A stretch of 64,000 nucleotides of DNA, taken from Guyparkeria sp. Lineage in GTDB: Bacteria; Pseudomonadota; Gammaproteobacteria; Halothiobacillales; Halothiobacillaceae. The number at the start of each line of letters is the position of its first letter. The first letter of the stretch is position 1. Below are positions 21,628 to 34,631 of the stretch, in pieces. The position numbers and the translations under genes are program-made. The notes beneath the pieces were generated by a model. It did not search any database. It had not been told where the DNA came from and worked only from the letters and a program-made list of their open reading frames with translations. The DNA lies in assembly GCA_041690375.1 (NCBI GenBank), contig JAWLHL010000005.1, positions 8,528 through 72,527 on the forward strand, in the 5' to 3' direction.

Positions 21628-23013
21628 CTAGTGCATCAACCGGGCTATATCGTTGTAGAAAACCACCATCATCAGGGCCGCAAGCAACATGATTCCGATG
21701 CGGGCGAAGATATCCTCGAACACCGGTCCGGGAGGACGCCCCCGGATCGCCTCGATCAGGTGCAGAAGTAGATGCCCCCCGTCGAGCATGGGGATCGGCA
21801 GCAGGTTGAGTATGGCCAGGGACAGGCTGATCAGGGCAAGAAAGCCCAGGAAGGTGGACAGTCCCAGGAGCAGGGTCTTGCCGGCGTATTCGGCGATCGC
21901 CACCGGTCCGGAGAGATTCGCCAGACTTGCCTCGCCCCGCAGGAGTCGGTAGAAGACCTGGAAGGTCAGCGCCGCCATCTCCCGGCTGCGCTCGAAGGCG
22001 AGCCCGATGGACTCCACGGGCCCGGCGTGCTCGATGAGCAACATGGATTGCGCCGCTTCCGGGTCGTGGGCACGCGAGGCCAGCGCCACACCCAGGCGCC
22101 CGACCGTCTCTCCGTCGACCTCCACGGGGCGGGGGGTGATCTCCACGTCACGGCGCTGGCCGTCGACATCCTCGACCGTCACGCGCAGCGACTCGCCGGC
22201 GCGTCGGCCGATCCGGTCGATCAACTCGCGGGTATCCCGGTATTCCTCACCGTCGATGGCGACGATCCGTTCGCCCTCCGCCAGGCCCGCCTCGGCCGCC
22301 GCCGAGCCGTCCTGCACCCCGGCGATCTCGGCGACGGACGGCGGCTGCCACAGCACCAGGCCGAGCTTCGTCAGCACGTCCGGCGTCCGTTCGCCAATGG
22401 TTCCCCCCAGCGGGTCGAGCTCGGCTAGGTCGAGCTCGGTCGACAGGCTGCGCCCGTCGCGCTCGAAGCCGAGCGACAGGGTCTCGCGCTGGATGCCGCC
22501 GTTGATCAGGTGCAGCTGGAGATCCGAGAGGGTCGCCACCGGACGCGACCCCACCGAGGTGATCACGTCGCCCGACTGCAGGCCCGCCTCGGCCAGCGGC
22601 GTGTTCGATTCGAGTTCACCCAGCTTGGGCACGATGCCCTGCGTGCCCACCATGAACATCAGCCACCAGAAGAACAGCGCCAGCAGGATGTTCGCCGCCG
22701 GGCCGGCGGCCACGATCAGGCTCCGCTTCCAGAGAGGCTGGCGATTGAAGGCGCGGTGCCGTTCGGCCGGATCGACCTCGCCCTCGCGCTCGTCGAGCAT
22801 CCGCACGTAGCCGCCCAGGGGAAACGCCCCGATACGGTACTCGATCCGATCGGGGCCTCGGCGCATCGAGAAGAGGGTCTTGCCGAAACCCAGCGAGTAG
22901 GTCAGCACCCGCACGCCCAGCCGGCGGGCCACCCAGAAATGGCCGTACTCGTGAAAGGCCACCAGGATGCCGATGGTGAGCAGAAAACCCAGCAGACTGA
23001 TCAAGACGTCCAT
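21628..23013 (-). CDS. rseP: RIP metalloprotease RseP
   Basis: HEYGH, PLGGYV, two PDZ domains, NLLPIPMLDGGH. Confidence 0.97.
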   Translation of the reverse strand: MDVLISLLGFLLTIGILVAFHEYGHFWVARRLGVRVLTYSLGFGKTLFSMRRGPDRIEYRIGAFPLGGYVRMLDEREGEVDPAERHRAFNRQPLWKRSLIVAAGPAANILLALFFWWLMFMVGTQGIVPKLGELESNTPLAEAGLQSGDVITSVGSRPVATLSDLQLHLINGGIQRETLSLGFERDGRSLSTELDLAELDPLGGTIGERTPDVLTKLGLVLWQPPSVAEIAGVQDGSAAAEAGLAEGERIVAIDGEEYRDTRELIDRIGRRAGESLRVTVEDVDGQRRDVEITPRPVEVDGETVGRLGVALASRAHDPEAAQSMLLIEHAGPVESIGLAFERSREMAALTFQVFYRLLRGEASLANLSGPVAIAEYAGKTLLLGLSTFLGFLALISLSLAILNLLPIPMLDGGHLLLHLIEAIRGRPPGPVFEDIFARIGIMLLAALMMVVFYNDIARLMH

Positions 23014-24233
23014 CGATCCTCACCCCCCGCGGTCAGCCGGGCCGATCGGCACCAGTCCGACGTCCAGGCGCGCACCTCGGCGTCCAGCGTCAGCACCGCG
23101 TCGATGGACCCGGGGGCAGCCACCCGGCCGGCCGCTGTCATCGCCTCCAGCGTGGCCTCGATCGCCGCCGAGATGCCGGGAAACGACAGCCGGCCATCGA
23201 GGAAGGCCGCCACCGCGACCTCGTTGGCCGCGTTGATGACCAGCGGGGCGGCCCCGCCGGCGCGCAGGGCGTCGAAGGCGAGCCGCAGGGCGGGAAAGCG
23301 GGCGAAGTCCGGTCGCTCGAAGTGCAGGCCGTTCAGGGCGTGGAAGTCCAGCGGGCGGACGCCGGAAGCCACGCGTTCGGGCCAGGCCAGGGCATGGGCG
23401 ATCGGCGTGCGCATGTCCGGCTCGCCCAGCTCGGCGAGCACCGACCCGTCGACGAAGCGCACCATGGAGTGGATCACCGATTCGGGGTGAACGACCACCT
23501 CGATCCGGTCGGCTTCGATGCCGAACAGGCGCGCGGCCTCGATCACCTCGAGGCCCTTGTTCATCATCGTGGCCGAGTCCACCGATATCTTGCGCCCCAT
23601 CGTCCAGTTGGGATGGGCGCAGGCCTGCTCGGGGGTAATCAGGGGGAACCGCTCGGCCGGCCAGTCGCGGAACGGTCCTCCCGAGGCGGTCAGGACGATG
23701 GATTCGACCGCCGCCGGAGCCGTGCAACGCTCCCCGACCCCCATCGGCAGGCACTGGAAGATGGCGTTGTGCTCGCTGTCGATCGGCAGCAGCTCCGCCC
23801 CGCCCCGTCGCGCCTCGTCCATCATCAGGTCGCCGGCAGCGACCAGGGACTCCTTGTTGGCCAGCAGCACCCGCTTGCCCGCATGCAACGCGTTCCAGGT
23901 GGACCGCAGCCCCGCCGTGCCGACGATGGCGGCCACCACCACGTCGAGGGTCGCATCGGCGGCAAGCGCATCCACGTCGCTCTGACCGACCACCACCTGG
24001 GGGCGCTCGCCGACCGGCAGATCCTCCAGTCGCGAGACCAGGGCCTCACGCCGGCTGGCGTCGACGAGCCCGACGATCGCCGGCCGGAATGCCCGCACCT
24101 GCTCGACCAGGGCGTCGACCCGCCCATGAGCGACCAGCACCTCCACGCGAAAGCGCTCCGGATGGCGCCCCAGCACGTCCAGCGTGCTCCGCCCGATGCT
24201 GCCGGTCGAGCCGAAGACACCGATGCGCTTCAT
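23001..24233 (-). CDS. dxr: 1-deoxy-D-xylulose-5-phosphate reductoisomerase
   Basis: GSTGSIG, LANKESLV, PIDSEHNAIFQ, HPNWTMG, DSATMMNKGLE; start MKRIG at 24233. Confidence 0.97.
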   Translation of the reverse strand: MKRIGVFGSTGSIGRSTLDVLGRHPERFRVEVLVAHGRVDALVEQVRAFRPAIVGLVDASRREALVSRLEDLPVGERPQVVVGQSDVDALAADATLDVVVAAIVGTAGLRSTWNALHAGKRVLLANKESLVAAGDLMMDEARRGGAELLPIDSEHNAIFQCLPMGVGERCTAPAAVESIVLTASGGPFRDWPAERFPLITPEQACAHPNWTMGRKISVDSATMMNKGLEVIEAARLFGIEADRIEVVVHPESVIHSMVRFVDGSVLAELGEPDMRTPIAHALAWPERVASGVRPLDFHALNGLHFERPDFARFPALRLAFDALRAGGAAPLVINAANEVAVAAFLDGRLSFPGISAAIEATLEAMTAAGRVAAPGSIDAVLTLDAEVRAWTSDWCRSARLTAGGEDRWTS

Positions 24234-25057
24234 GATCCGCCCATCAGCTGCATCTGCGACAGGGCAACCCACCAGAGCGGCATCGCGGCGAACTGGCCGT
24301 CGAGCCGGTCGAGCACGCCCCCATGACCGGGCAGCACCCGGCCGCTGTCCTTGACCCCCGCCTCTCTCTTGAGCCGGGATTCCTCGAGATCCCCCCCCAC
24401 CGAGGCAAGCGCGACCACCGCGCACCAAAGGGCCAGCAGCCAGGAGGGCGTCGCCGCGAACAGCGGCAGCACCGCTCCGGCCGCCGCGAGCACCGCGACG
24501 CCGGCAAGCCCGCCGACCACGCCCTCGATGGACTTCCCGGGACTGATCATGGGGGCAAGCTTGTGCCGACCGAGGGCTCGACCGGAGAAATACGCCAGCG
24601 AATCGGCAACCACGACCACGAGGATGCCGAACAGCAGCAACCACTCCCCCTGCGGGGCCGCGTGAATATCGACGAGGGCAAGCCAGAACAGAGGCAGGAT
24701 CACCAGCCCGATCAGTCGCCGCTGCCAGAAGGGGCGCACCGGCGGCCGGGTCGTCCGGTAGCGCAGGTGGGTGCCGAACAGGAAGAACCAGGCCGCGGCG
24801 GCCAGTCCCATCGGCCAGACGAGCTGATCGGCCGGCCAGAGCTGCTGCCAACCGACGGCGATCAGCACCGTGCCGACCACCCAGGGCCAGACCTGGCAGG
24901 GGGCCAACCCGCAGAGCCGGAACCACTCGACGGCCGCCCAGGCCAGAACGACGAGCGTGATGCCGGCGAAGATCCGCTCCGGGGTCAACAGCACCACGGC
25001 GAGCGCCACCAGCCCGGCGATCACCCCGGTGACCACTCGCAGCGCGGTCGAGTTCAC
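24230..25057 (-). CDS. cdsA: Phosphatidate cytidylyltransferase
   Basis: DSLAYFSGR, ISPGKSIEG, GDLEESRLKREAGVKDSGRVLPGHGGVLDRLD; GTG start overlaps the uppS stop. Confidence 0.95.
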   Translation of the reverse strand: MNSTALRVVTGVIAGLVALAVVLLTPERIFAGITLVVLAWAAVEWFRLCGLAPCQVWPWVVGTVLIAVGWQQLWPADQLVWPMGLAAAAWFFLFGTHLRYRTTRPPVRPFWQRRLIGLVILPLFWLALVDIHAAPQGEWLLLFGILVVVVADSLAYFSGRALGRHKLAPMISPGKSIEGVVGGLAGVAVLAAAGAVLPLFAATPSWLLALWCAVVALASVGGDLEESRLKREAGVKDSGRVLPGHGGVLDRLDGQFAAMPLWWVALSQMQLMGGS

Positions 25058-25821
25058 GACAGCTCCTCGCCGGAGACCCGACCGAAGCGACGCTCCCGCC
25101 CGGCGAACCAGCGCACGGCTTCCTCGAAGGCCGCCTCGTCGAAACGCGGCCAGAGCACGTCGGAGAAGTACAGCTCGGCGTAGGCCGACTGCCACAGGAG
25201 GAAGTTGCTCAGGCGCTTCTCGCCCCCGGTGCGGATGAACAGGTCGACGTCGGGCTGCCCCGCGGTGGCCAGCCCCTTCTCGAACTCGCCGGCGAGGACC
25301 TCGGCATCGTCGAGGTCGAGTGCCTCGGATGCATGGCGCTCGGCAAGCCGGCGAGCGGCCTGGAGGATGTCCCACTGCCCGCCGTAGCTGACGGCGATCT
25401 GCAAGCGCAAACGGCGATTGGCGGCGGTACGCTCCTCCGCGGCGGCCATCAGCCCCCTGACCTGAGGGTCCAGTCGGGATCGATCACCGATGAACACCAG
25501 CCGCACGCCGTTCTCGTCGAGCTCGTCGAGTTCCTTCTCGAGCGCGTTGATGAACAGCTTCATGAGCGCCTCGACCTCGTCGGCCGGACGCGACCAGTTC
25601 TCGGAGGAGAAGGCGAACAGGGTAAGGATGGGAATTTCGAGCCGCATGGCGGCACGGATGGTCGCACGCACGGCACGGCGGCCTCGCTGGTGCCCCATCT
25701 TGCGCGGCAGGTGGCGCGCCTTGGCCCAGCGACCGTTGCCGTCCATGACGATGGCGACGTGGCGGGGCCGACGCGCCGGATCGATCTCCGTCGCCGGTTC
25801 GTTGATGGGCGCCCGGCTCAC
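25054..25821 (-). CDS. uppS: Undecaprenyl diphosphate synthase
   Basis: HVAIVMDGNGRW, FSSENWSRP, IRTGGEKRLSNFLLWQ, RERRFG. Confidence 0.97.
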   Translation of the reverse strand: MSRAPINEPATEIDPARRPRHVAIVMDGNGRWAKARHLPRKMGHQRGRRAVRATIRAAMRLEIPILTLFAFSSENWSRPADEVEALMKLFINALEKELDELDENGVRLVFIGDRSRLDPQVRGLMAAAEERTAANRRLRLQIAVSYGGQWDILQAARRLAERHASEALDLDDAEVLAGEFEKGLATAGQPDVDLFIRTGGEKRLSNFLLWQSAYAELYFSDVLWPRFDEAAFEEAVRWFAGRERRFGRVSGEELS

Positions 25822-25827
25822 GGCGGC

Positions 25828-26385
25828 CTAGACTTCCATCAGTTCTTTTTCTTTCTGCGCCACGATGCGATCCACCTCGGCCACGCTCTCGTCGGTGAGC
25901 TTCTGGACCATTTCCTCGCCGCGACGCTCGTCGTCCTCGGAGATTTCCTTTTCCTTGAGGAAGGCCTTGAAGTCGCTGTTGGCATCACGGCGGATGTTGC
26001 GGATGGCGATCTTGGCATTCTCGCCCTCGTGACGCACCACCTTGCCCAGTTCCCGGCGCCGCTCCTCGGTGAGCGGCGGCATCGGGATACGGATCACTGT
26101 GCCGGCCGTAGACGGGTTGAGTCCCAGATCGGAGGTCATGATCGCCTTCTCGATCTTGCCGACCATGTCCTTCTCCCAGGGCGTCACGCTCAGCGTGCGC
26201 GCATCCTCGGCGGACAGCTTGGCGACCTGAGAGAGCGGCACCTCGCTGCCGTAGTACTCCACGTGGATGTGATCGAGCACGCTGACATGCGCCCGACCGG
26301 TGCGGATCTTGGAAAGCTCGCCCTTGAGCGCCTCGATGCTCTTGTTCATGCGCGTGCGAGCGTCTTTGACCACGTCGTCAATCAT
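25828..26385 (-). CDS. frr: Ribosome recycling factor
   Basis: [21 protein letters not shown]. Confidence 0.98.
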   Translation of the reverse strand: MIDDVVKDARTRMNKSIEALKGELSKIRTGRAHVSVLDHIHVEYYGSEVPLSQVAKLSAEDARTLSVTPWEKDMVGKIEKAIMTSDLGLNPSTAGTVIRIPMPPLTEERRRELGKVVRHEGENAKIAIRNIRRDANSDFKAFLKEKEISEDDERRGEEMVQKLTDESVAEVDRIVAQKEKELMEV

Positions 26386-27121
26386 TCTTCACGTTCTCCG
26401 CTGTCACCAGGGTACCGACGGGCTCGCCGTTCACGGCCCGCACCAGGTTCCCCGGCTCGTTGATGTCCACCACCATCAGCGGCATCTGCTGATCGCGACA
26501 CATCACGATCGCGGTGGCGTCCATCACGCCCAGCCGCTGGTCGAGCACGGCATTGTACGTCAAATGATCGTAGCGTTCCGCATCGGCATCGAGCTGCGGA
26601 TCGGCGCTGTAGACCCCGTCCACCTTGGTGGCCTTGATCATCAGGTCCGCGTCGATCTCGGCGGCGCGCAGGCTCGCGCCCGAGTCGGTGGTGAAGAACG
26701 GATTGCCCGTCCCGCCGACCAGCACGACCACCCGGCCCTTCTCCAGGTGACGCACGGCGCGGCGGCGGATGTAGTCCTCGCAGACCGCGTGAATGGACAC
26801 CGCGGACATCACACGGACCTTCAGCCCGCGACGTTCGAGCACGTCCTGCATCGCCAGCCCGTTCATGACCGTCGCCAGCATGCCCATCTGGTCGCCGGTC
26901 ACCCGGTCCATGCCGGCGCCGGCCAGGCCTTCGCCGCGGAAGATGTTGCCGCCGCCGACGACCACCGCGACCTCGACACCCCGGTCCTTGAGGGCCTGGA
27001 TGTCGTCACCGAGCCGATTGATCACCGCCGGGTCGATCCCGAAAGGCCGGTCTCCCATCAGCGCCTCGCCGCTGAGTTTGAGCAGGACACGTCGATAACG
27101 GGGAGAACCGGCAGCTTGCAT
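26378..27121 (-). CDS. pyrH: UMP kinase
   Basis: [28 protein letters not shown]. Confidence 0.98.
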   Translation of the reverse strand: MQAAGSPRYRRVLLKLSGEALMGDRPFGIDPAVINRLGDDIQALKDRGVEVAVVVGGGNIFRGEGLAGAGMDRVTGDQMGMLATVMNGLAMQDVLERRGLKVRVMSAVSIHAVCEDYIRRRAVRHLEKGRVVVLVGGTGNPFFTTDSGASLRAAEIDADLMIKATKVDGVYSADPQLDADAERYDHLTYNAVLDQRLGVMDATAIVMCRDQQMPLMVVDINEPGNLVRAVNGEPVGTLVTAENVKND

Positions 27122-27258
27122 ATCGTTTCACCTGTGGGCTGAGTGCTTGCAATGGGTTGTCGCGCCACGTCGAGCATGACGCACCTGGAAACATCCGAGC
27201 AAGACCTCCGGCCGGGCCGGTCGACCCGCGGAGGGCTTGATCGGAGGTTCAGCAGTTC

Positions 27259-27286
27259 AAAAAAAAGCCGGGGTGGCCCCGGCTTT
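27259..27286 (-). terminator. Rho-independent terminator after tsf
   Basis: Minus strand AAAGCCGGGGCCACCCCGGC followed by TTTTTTTT. Confidence 0.9.
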
Positions 27287-27298
27287 CCTCGAGGGCGA

Positions 27299-28174
27299 TC
27301 AGCCCCCCTTGACCTGCGCCATCACCTCGGCGGCGAAGTCGCCTTCCTCCTTCTCGATGCCCTCGCCCACTTCCATGCGCTCGAAGCGGATGCACTTGGC
27401 ACCTTCCTTCTTGAGCAGCTGGCCGACGGTCTGGTCCGGATCCTTGACGAACGGCTGACCGACCAGGGTGATCTCGGCCAGGAACTTGCGAATCCGGCCC
27501 TCGATCATCTTCTCGACGATCTCCGGCGGCTTGCCCGACTCGGCGGCCTGGGCGCGGAAGATCTCGCGCTCCTTCTCGAGAGTCGCTTCGTCGACCTGCG
27601 ACTCGTCGACGCAGGTCGGCTTGCTCGCGGCGACGTGCATGGCGAGGTCACGCGCCAGCTCCTCGTTGCCGCCCTCGAGCTCGACCAGCACGCCGATGCG
27701 CTCGCCGTGACGGTACGCACCGATAACGCCGGAGGTGTCCATGCGCACGAAGCGACGGATCTGGATGTTCTCGCCCAGCTTGGCGATCAGCGCCTTGCGG
27801 CGATCATCGGCCTTCTCGCCGTCGATCTCGAGCGCATTGACGGCATCCATGTCGACCGGATCGTCAGCCAGGATGCGATCGGCAATGCCCTGGGCGAAAC
27901 CGGTGAAGTCATCACCCTTGGCGACGAAGTCCGTCTCGGAGTTGATCTCCACCATCGCGGCGGCCTTGCGGTCGTCGCTGACGGCGATCGCGACCTGACC
28001 CTCGGCGGCCACGCGGTCGGCCTTCTTGTCGGCCTTGGCCAGGCCGCTCTTGCGCATCTGCTCGATGGCCGCCTCGATGTCGCCGTCGGTCTCGACCAGC
28101 GCCTTCTTGCATTCCATCATGCCGGAGCCGGTACGCTCACGGAGCTCTTTGACCAGAGAGGCAGAAATTGCCAT
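27299..28174 (-). CDS. tsf: Elongation factor Ts
   Basis: [43 protein letters not shown]. Confidence 0.98.
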   Translation of the reverse strand: MAISASLVKELRERTGSGMMECKKALVETDGDIEAAIEQMRKSGLAKADKKADRVAAEGQVAIAVSDDRKAAAMVEINSETDFVAKGDDFTGFAQGIADRILADDPVDMDAVNALEIDGEKADDRRKALIAKLGENIQIRRFVRMDTSGVIGAYRHGERIGVLVELEGGNEELARDLAMHVAASKPTCVDESQVDEATLEKEREIFRAQAAESGKPPEIVEKMIEGRIRKFLAEITLVGQPFVKDPDQTVGQLLKKEGAKCIRFERMEVGEGIEKEEGDFAAEVMAQVKGG

Positions 28175-28289
28175 GACCTGTCTTCTCCCGAAAATCTGTC
28201 TTGTAGAAAAACAACGGGCCTGACGACCCGTTGCTCATATCGGCGACCGGACCGCCTGCCCGATGCGGGCGGGGTCCGGTCGCGACCCG

Positions 28290-29030
28290 TTACTTGGCCG
28301 CTTCTTCCTGCTCGGACACTTCGACGAAGTCCGACTCGCTGACGCTCGAGGCACCCTTGGCGTCCAGCACCGCATCGGCAACGGCCGTGGTGTAGAACTG
28401 GATGGCACGGATCGCGTCGTCGTTGCCCGGGATGACGTAATCGACGCCCTGGGCGCTGTTGTTGGTGTCGACGACCGCCACGACCGGGATGCCCAGCTTC
28501 TTGGCTTCCTTGATCGCGATGTCCTCGTGGCCGACGTCGATGACGAACAGCGCGTCCGGCAGGCGCTCCATGTCCTGGATGCCGCCGATGGAACGCTCGA
28601 GCTTGGCGCGCTCGCGGGTCAGCTCGAGGGCTTCCTTCTTCACCAGCTTGGCGAAGGTGCCGTCCTCTTCCATCTGCTGCAGCGCCTTGAGGCGGCGAAT
28701 GGAGGAACGCACGGTGCGGAAGTTGGTCATCATGCCGCCGAGCCAGCGGTGGTTGACGTACGGCATGCCGCAGCGCTTGGCTTCGGTCTCGACGATGTCA
28801 CGCGCCGACCGCTTGGTGCCGACGAACATGACCTTGCCGCCGTTGCCGACCAGCTTGCCGATGTAGTTCAAGGCATCCTCGAACATCGGCAGGGTCTTTT
28901 CCAGGTTGATGATGTGGATGCGGTTGCGCTGACCGAAGATGTAGGGCGCCATGCCCGGGTTCCAGTATCGAGTCTGGTGACCGAAGTGGACACCGGCCTC
29001 GATCATCTGACGCATGGTGATTTTAGCCAT
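28290..29030 (-). CDS. rpsB: 30S ribosomal protein S2
   Basis: [33 protein letters not shown]; start MAKIT at 29030. Confidence 0.98.
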   Translation of the reverse strand: MAKITMRQMIEAGVHFGHQTRYWNPGMAPYIFGQRNRIHIINLEKTLPMFEDALNYIGKLVGNGGKVMFVGTKRSARDIVETEAKRCGMPYVNHRWLGGMMTNFRTVRSSIRRLKALQQMEEDGTFAKLVKKEALELTRERAKLERSIGGIQDMERLPDALFVIDVGHEDIAIKEAKKLGIPVVAVVDTNNSAQGVDYVIPGNDDAIRAIQFYTTAVADAVLDAKGASSVSESDFVEVSEQEEAAK

Positions 29031-29049
29031 CTGAATAACTACCTGTTTT

Positions 29050-29170
29050 GATTGGGTTAGGCCTCCGCCCGATCTGACAGCACAACCCCCGGCTCGACCG
29101 ATGGGCACCCCGCGCTGCCATAGCGATGGACGTGTGGAATTTCCGGCCGCCTGCCGAAAAGCGGCGGTCC
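29050..29170 (-). ncRNA. rpsB leader (t44 / S2 autoregulatory RNA)
   Basis: Minus strand CACACGT...GGGGTGCCC...GGTCG...GGAGGCCTAACCC resembles the gammaproteobacterial rpsB 5'UTR; boundaries approximate. Confidence 0.75.
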
Positions 29171-29185
29171 GGCGCGCGAATTATA
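29170..29185 (-). promoter_or_regulatory. rpsB promoter -10 with GC-rich discriminator
   Basis: TATAAT (29185-29180) followed by TCGCGCGCC. Confidence 0.75.
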
Positions 29186-29241
29186 CGGGAAGTCGCCGCC
29201 GCTGGGAATCCCGGGATGGGACGAGCGCTCGGAAGCAGCGC

Positions 29242-30573
29242 TCAGCCGGCGGCGTGCGCCCGGACCGCGTCCGCCAGATCCTCGGCAACCGAATGAACCT
29301 CCTCGGCGGATTCCCCCTCGACCATCACGCGAATCAACGGCTCGGTGCCGGACGGACGCAGCAGCACCCGGCCGCGATCCGCCAGCCGGGATTCGGCGGC
29401 CGCGACGGCGCCGGCGATGGCCGGATCGTCGAGCGACACGGGCCGGTCGATGCGCACGTTGATCAGCTCCTGGGGCAGGATCTCCACCGGGTCGAGCAGC
29501 TCGCCGAGAGACTTGTCCTGGCGGGCCATTTCCGCCAGGACCTGCAGCGCGGCTATGATGCCGTCGCCGGTGCTGTGCCGGTCGAGGCACAACAGATGAC
29601 CGGACGACTCGCCGCCCAGCAGCCACCGTTCGCGCTTGAGGGCCTCGTGGACGTAGCGGTCGCCCACCTTGGCTCGCAGGAAGGGACGACCGAGCGCCTG
29701 CACCGCCCGCTCGAGGCCAAGGTTGCTCATCTGCGTACCGACGACCCCCCCGTCATAGCCCTGCCGGATGCGACCGGCGGCGATAACGTACAAGAGCTCG
29801 TCGCCGTCGCGTATGTTCCCGGCGGCATCCACCATCACCACGCGATCGCCGTCGCCGTCGAAAGCGACGCCCAGGTCGGCTTTCGCCGCCAGCACCGCGG
29901 CACGGACGGCCTCGGGGTGGGTCGAGCCGACTCCCTCGTTGATGTTGAAACCGTCGGGGGCGGCACCGATCACCTCGACCTCGGCCCCCAGCTCGGCGAA
30001 CACGCGGGGAGCAACCTGGTAGGTGGCGCCGTGGGCGCAGTCCACCACGATGCGCAGCCCCGAGAGCATCATCCCGCTCGGGACCGTGCTCTTGCAGAAC
30101 TCGATGTAGCGGCCCGGCGCATCCTCGATACGTTCGGCCTTGCCCAGACGACGGTTGTCGATTACCTCCAGCGGCTGGTCGAGCATGGCCTGGATCTCGT
30201 CCTCGACCGCGTCAGGCAGTTTCTCGCCGTGCGAGGAGAAGAACTTCACGCCGTTGTCGGCGTAGGGATTGTGCGAGGCGCTGATGACAACGCCCGCCGA
30301 GGCACGCAGGGTGCGCGTCAGGTAGGCGATCGCGGGTGTGGGCATCGGCCCGAGCAGGCGCACGTCCACGCCCGCGGCGGCAAAGCCCGCCTCCAGCGCG
30401 GACTCGAACATGTACCCCGACACGCGCGTGTCCTTGCCGATCAGCACCCGTCGGCGTCCATGGTCGCCCAGCACCCTGCCGGCCGCCCAGCCCAGCTTGA
30501 GGACGAACTCGGGGGTCATGGGCCACTGCCCTACCGCTCCCCGCACCCCGTCGGTTCCGAATACTCTGGTCAC
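29242..30573 (-). CDS. glmM: Phosphoglucosamine mutase
   Basis: [43 protein letters not shown]. Confidence 0.98.
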   Translation of the reverse strand: MTRVFGTDGVRGAVGQWPMTPEFVLKLGWAAGRVLGDHGRRRVLIGKDTRVSGYMFESALEAGFAAAGVDVRLLGPMPTPAIAYLTRTLRASAGVVISASHNPYADNGVKFFSSHGEKLPDAVEDEIQAMLDQPLEVIDNRRLGKAERIEDAPGRYIEFCKSTVPSGMMLSGLRIVVDCAHGATYQVAPRVFAELGAEVEVIGAAPDGFNINEGVGSTHPEAVRAAVLAAKADLGVAFDGDGDRVVMVDAAGNIRDGDELLYVIAAGRIRQGYDGGVVGTQMSNLGLERAVQALGRPFLRAKVGDRYVHEALKRERWLLGGESSGHLLCLDRHSTGDGIIAALQVLAEMARQDKSLGELLDPVEILPQELINVRIDRPVSLDDPAIAGAVAAAESRLADRGRVLLRPSGTEPLIRVMVEGESAEEVHSVAEDLADAVRAHAAG

Positions 30574-30630
30574 GTCTACGCCTCTTTTCTCGACCCTGAC
30601 CGGCGGTCCGCCTGCCGGCGCGGTCGCCGG

Positions 30631-30661
30631 AAACAAGAACGCCGGCTCGCGGGGCCGGCGT
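30631..30661 (-). terminator. Probable terminator after the cytochrome c gene
   Basis: Minus strand ACGCCGGC-CCCGCGA-GCCGGCGT followed by TCTTGTTT. Confidence 0.6.
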
Positions 30662-30723
30662 CGCTCTTCGTGTCTGTTCGCCGACCGCCGCGGAACGACG
30701 GCCGACGCCCCGGAGGGGGGGTA

Positions 30724-31455
30724 TCACATGGCCGGCGCGCCTTCCGGCTCTTCGGCTGTATCGACGTCTTCCTCGCCGATGACGGCGACGTAGGCCGCGA
30801 GGTTGTTGATGTCCTCGTCGGACAGGTGCTTGGCCTGCGGAATCATCGTGTACGAGTACTGGCCCATCTCGGTGCCCTTGCGGTAGACCTTCAGCAGGGA
30901 GGCGATCTGCGAGGCAGAGGTGCCGCGCAGCTTGGGCGCGTTCACCAGGTGCCCGCCCTCGCCCTTCTCGCCGTGGCAGACAGCGCAGGAAGAATACAGG
31001 GCCTTGCCCCGGACGATATCGGCCTGGGCCAGCTCGTCGCTGTCGACCTCGGCCTCTTCGGCGGCAGCCGAGTCGTCTTCACCGGCGTCGTCCCCGCCAT
31101 TGGCGCCGCCGAACTCCTCGGCGACATAGGCGGCCAGGTCGGCGATGTCGTCGTCGGACAGGCCGGATGCGTTCGGCGCCATGGTGCCGTAACGGTCACC
31201 CAGGTCGACGCTCTTGAGGTAGTCCTTGTCGCCCTCGCGGTAGGCGGTCAGGCTCTTGACCACCTCGTCCTCGCCCAGGCCGGTCAGTTTCGGGAAGGCC
31301 CCGCCCTGACCGGCACCGTCGGCGCCATGGCAGGCGGCACAGGAGGCGTACTTTTCCTTGCCCGCGGCCGGGTCACCGGCGGCTTGGCCCATCAACGGCG
31401 CGGCAAGCGCTCCACTGGCGGCAAGGGCGATGAGTGAACGACGCATCTGTTTCAT
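30724..31455 (-). CDS. Periplasmic diheme c-type cytochrome (c4/c553-like)
   Basis: Signal peptide, CAACH and CAVCH, distal Met ligands (TMAPNA, TMIPQA), acidic linker. Confidence 0.9.
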   Translation of the reverse strand: MKQMRRSLIALAASGALAAPLMGQAAGDPAAGKEKYASCAACHGADGAGQGGAFPKLTGLGEDEVVKSLTAYREGDKDYLKSVDLGDRYGTMAPNASGLSDDDIADLAAYVAEEFGGANGGDDAGEDDSAAAEEAEVDSDELAQADIVRGKALYSSCAVCHGEKGEGGHLVNAPKLRGTSASQIASLLKVYRKGTEMGQYSYTMIPQAKHLSDEDINNLAAYVAVIGEEDVDTAEEPEGAPAM

Positions 31456-31654
31456 GATTTCTACTCTCAACTGTTGCGCCGCGGCATACCCTTGATGACC
31501 GATTCCCGGCGCGATCGGACGCACCGGAACGAAGGCCGGTCGGGCAGCCTTGCGGCGATTTACAAGTCAACCAAATTAACCCCGGCGGGGAAAATATCAG
31601 AAAACCCTAATTTGACCCAAGACAAACGCGCTTATGCAGGAAAAGGGGATTTTC

Positions 31655-32508
31655 TCACGCCCTCCCACTCGACGACATACCCGGCGCGCCGGCGGCATGC
31701 CAGACGTCGAGCACGTCGCGAGTGGCCTCGACATCGTGGACCCGCAGGACGCGTGCCCCACGCTGAGCGGCCAGCAACGCCGCCGCCGCGCTGCCCGCCG
31801 CACGACGCTCGACCGGCTGACCGGTGGCGTCACCGATCATGCGCTTGCGCGACATGCCCACCAACAGGGGCACGCCCAGGCAGTCGAGCTCCCCGAGACG
31901 ACGCAGCAGGGTGAAGTTCTGTTCCGTGGTCTTTGCAAAACCGAAGCCCGGGTCGACCAGGATGCGCCCCTCGGGCACGCCGGCCGCGCGGAGTTGGTCG
32001 ACGCGTTCGGCGAGGAAGTCGATGACCTCCCGGACGAGGTCGTCGTAGTCGGTCCGGGCCGCCATCGTCCCCGGCTCGCCCCGCATGTGCATGACGCACA
32101 CCGAGGCCCGCGAGGACGCTGCCGCCTCGAGCGCCCCCGGGCGCGAGAGCGCGCGGACATCGTTGATCAGGCAGGCCCCCGCCTCGGTCGCCCGGGTCAT
32201 CACGGCCGCCGAGCTCGTGTCGATGGAAAGAGGGCACCCGAAGCGGGCCGCGACAGCCTCGATGACGGGCATCACGCGAGCGATTTCCTCGTCCTCGGAG
32301 ACCGGCTCTGCACCGGGACGGGTGGACTCGCCGCCGACGTCGATCAGGTCGGCGCCGGATTCCAGCATGGACTCGGCGGCGGCCAGGGCCCGGTCGACGC
32401 TGTTCCAGCGACCACCATCGGAAAACGAGTCGGGCGTGGCGTTGAGGATGCCCATGATCAGCGGGCGATCACCTCGCCAGTCGGGGCACGGCGCGCCGGC
32501 GCCGCTCA

Positions 32509-32509
<1 letters not shown>
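31655..32509 (-). CDS. folP: Dihydropteroate synthase
   Basis: MGILNATPDSFSDGG, GGESTRPG, DPGFGFAK, GMSRK, RVHDV. Confidence 0.97.
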
Positions 32510-34539
<2,030 letters not shown>

Positions 34540-34631
34540 GGCAACACCTCTGCCAGCAGTCATCGCAACAATGGCCGGCACACGACGATCCGTGTCCGGC
34601 CAGCGATGACGTAATCATTTATTCGAATACC

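Noticed and set aside
23001-24926. 641-aa Dxr, and similarly extended MurG, FtsW and MurD ORFs
   Set aside because: Extensions overlap the upstream gene in another frame; family motifs begin at the trimmed starts, which overlap upstream stop codons.
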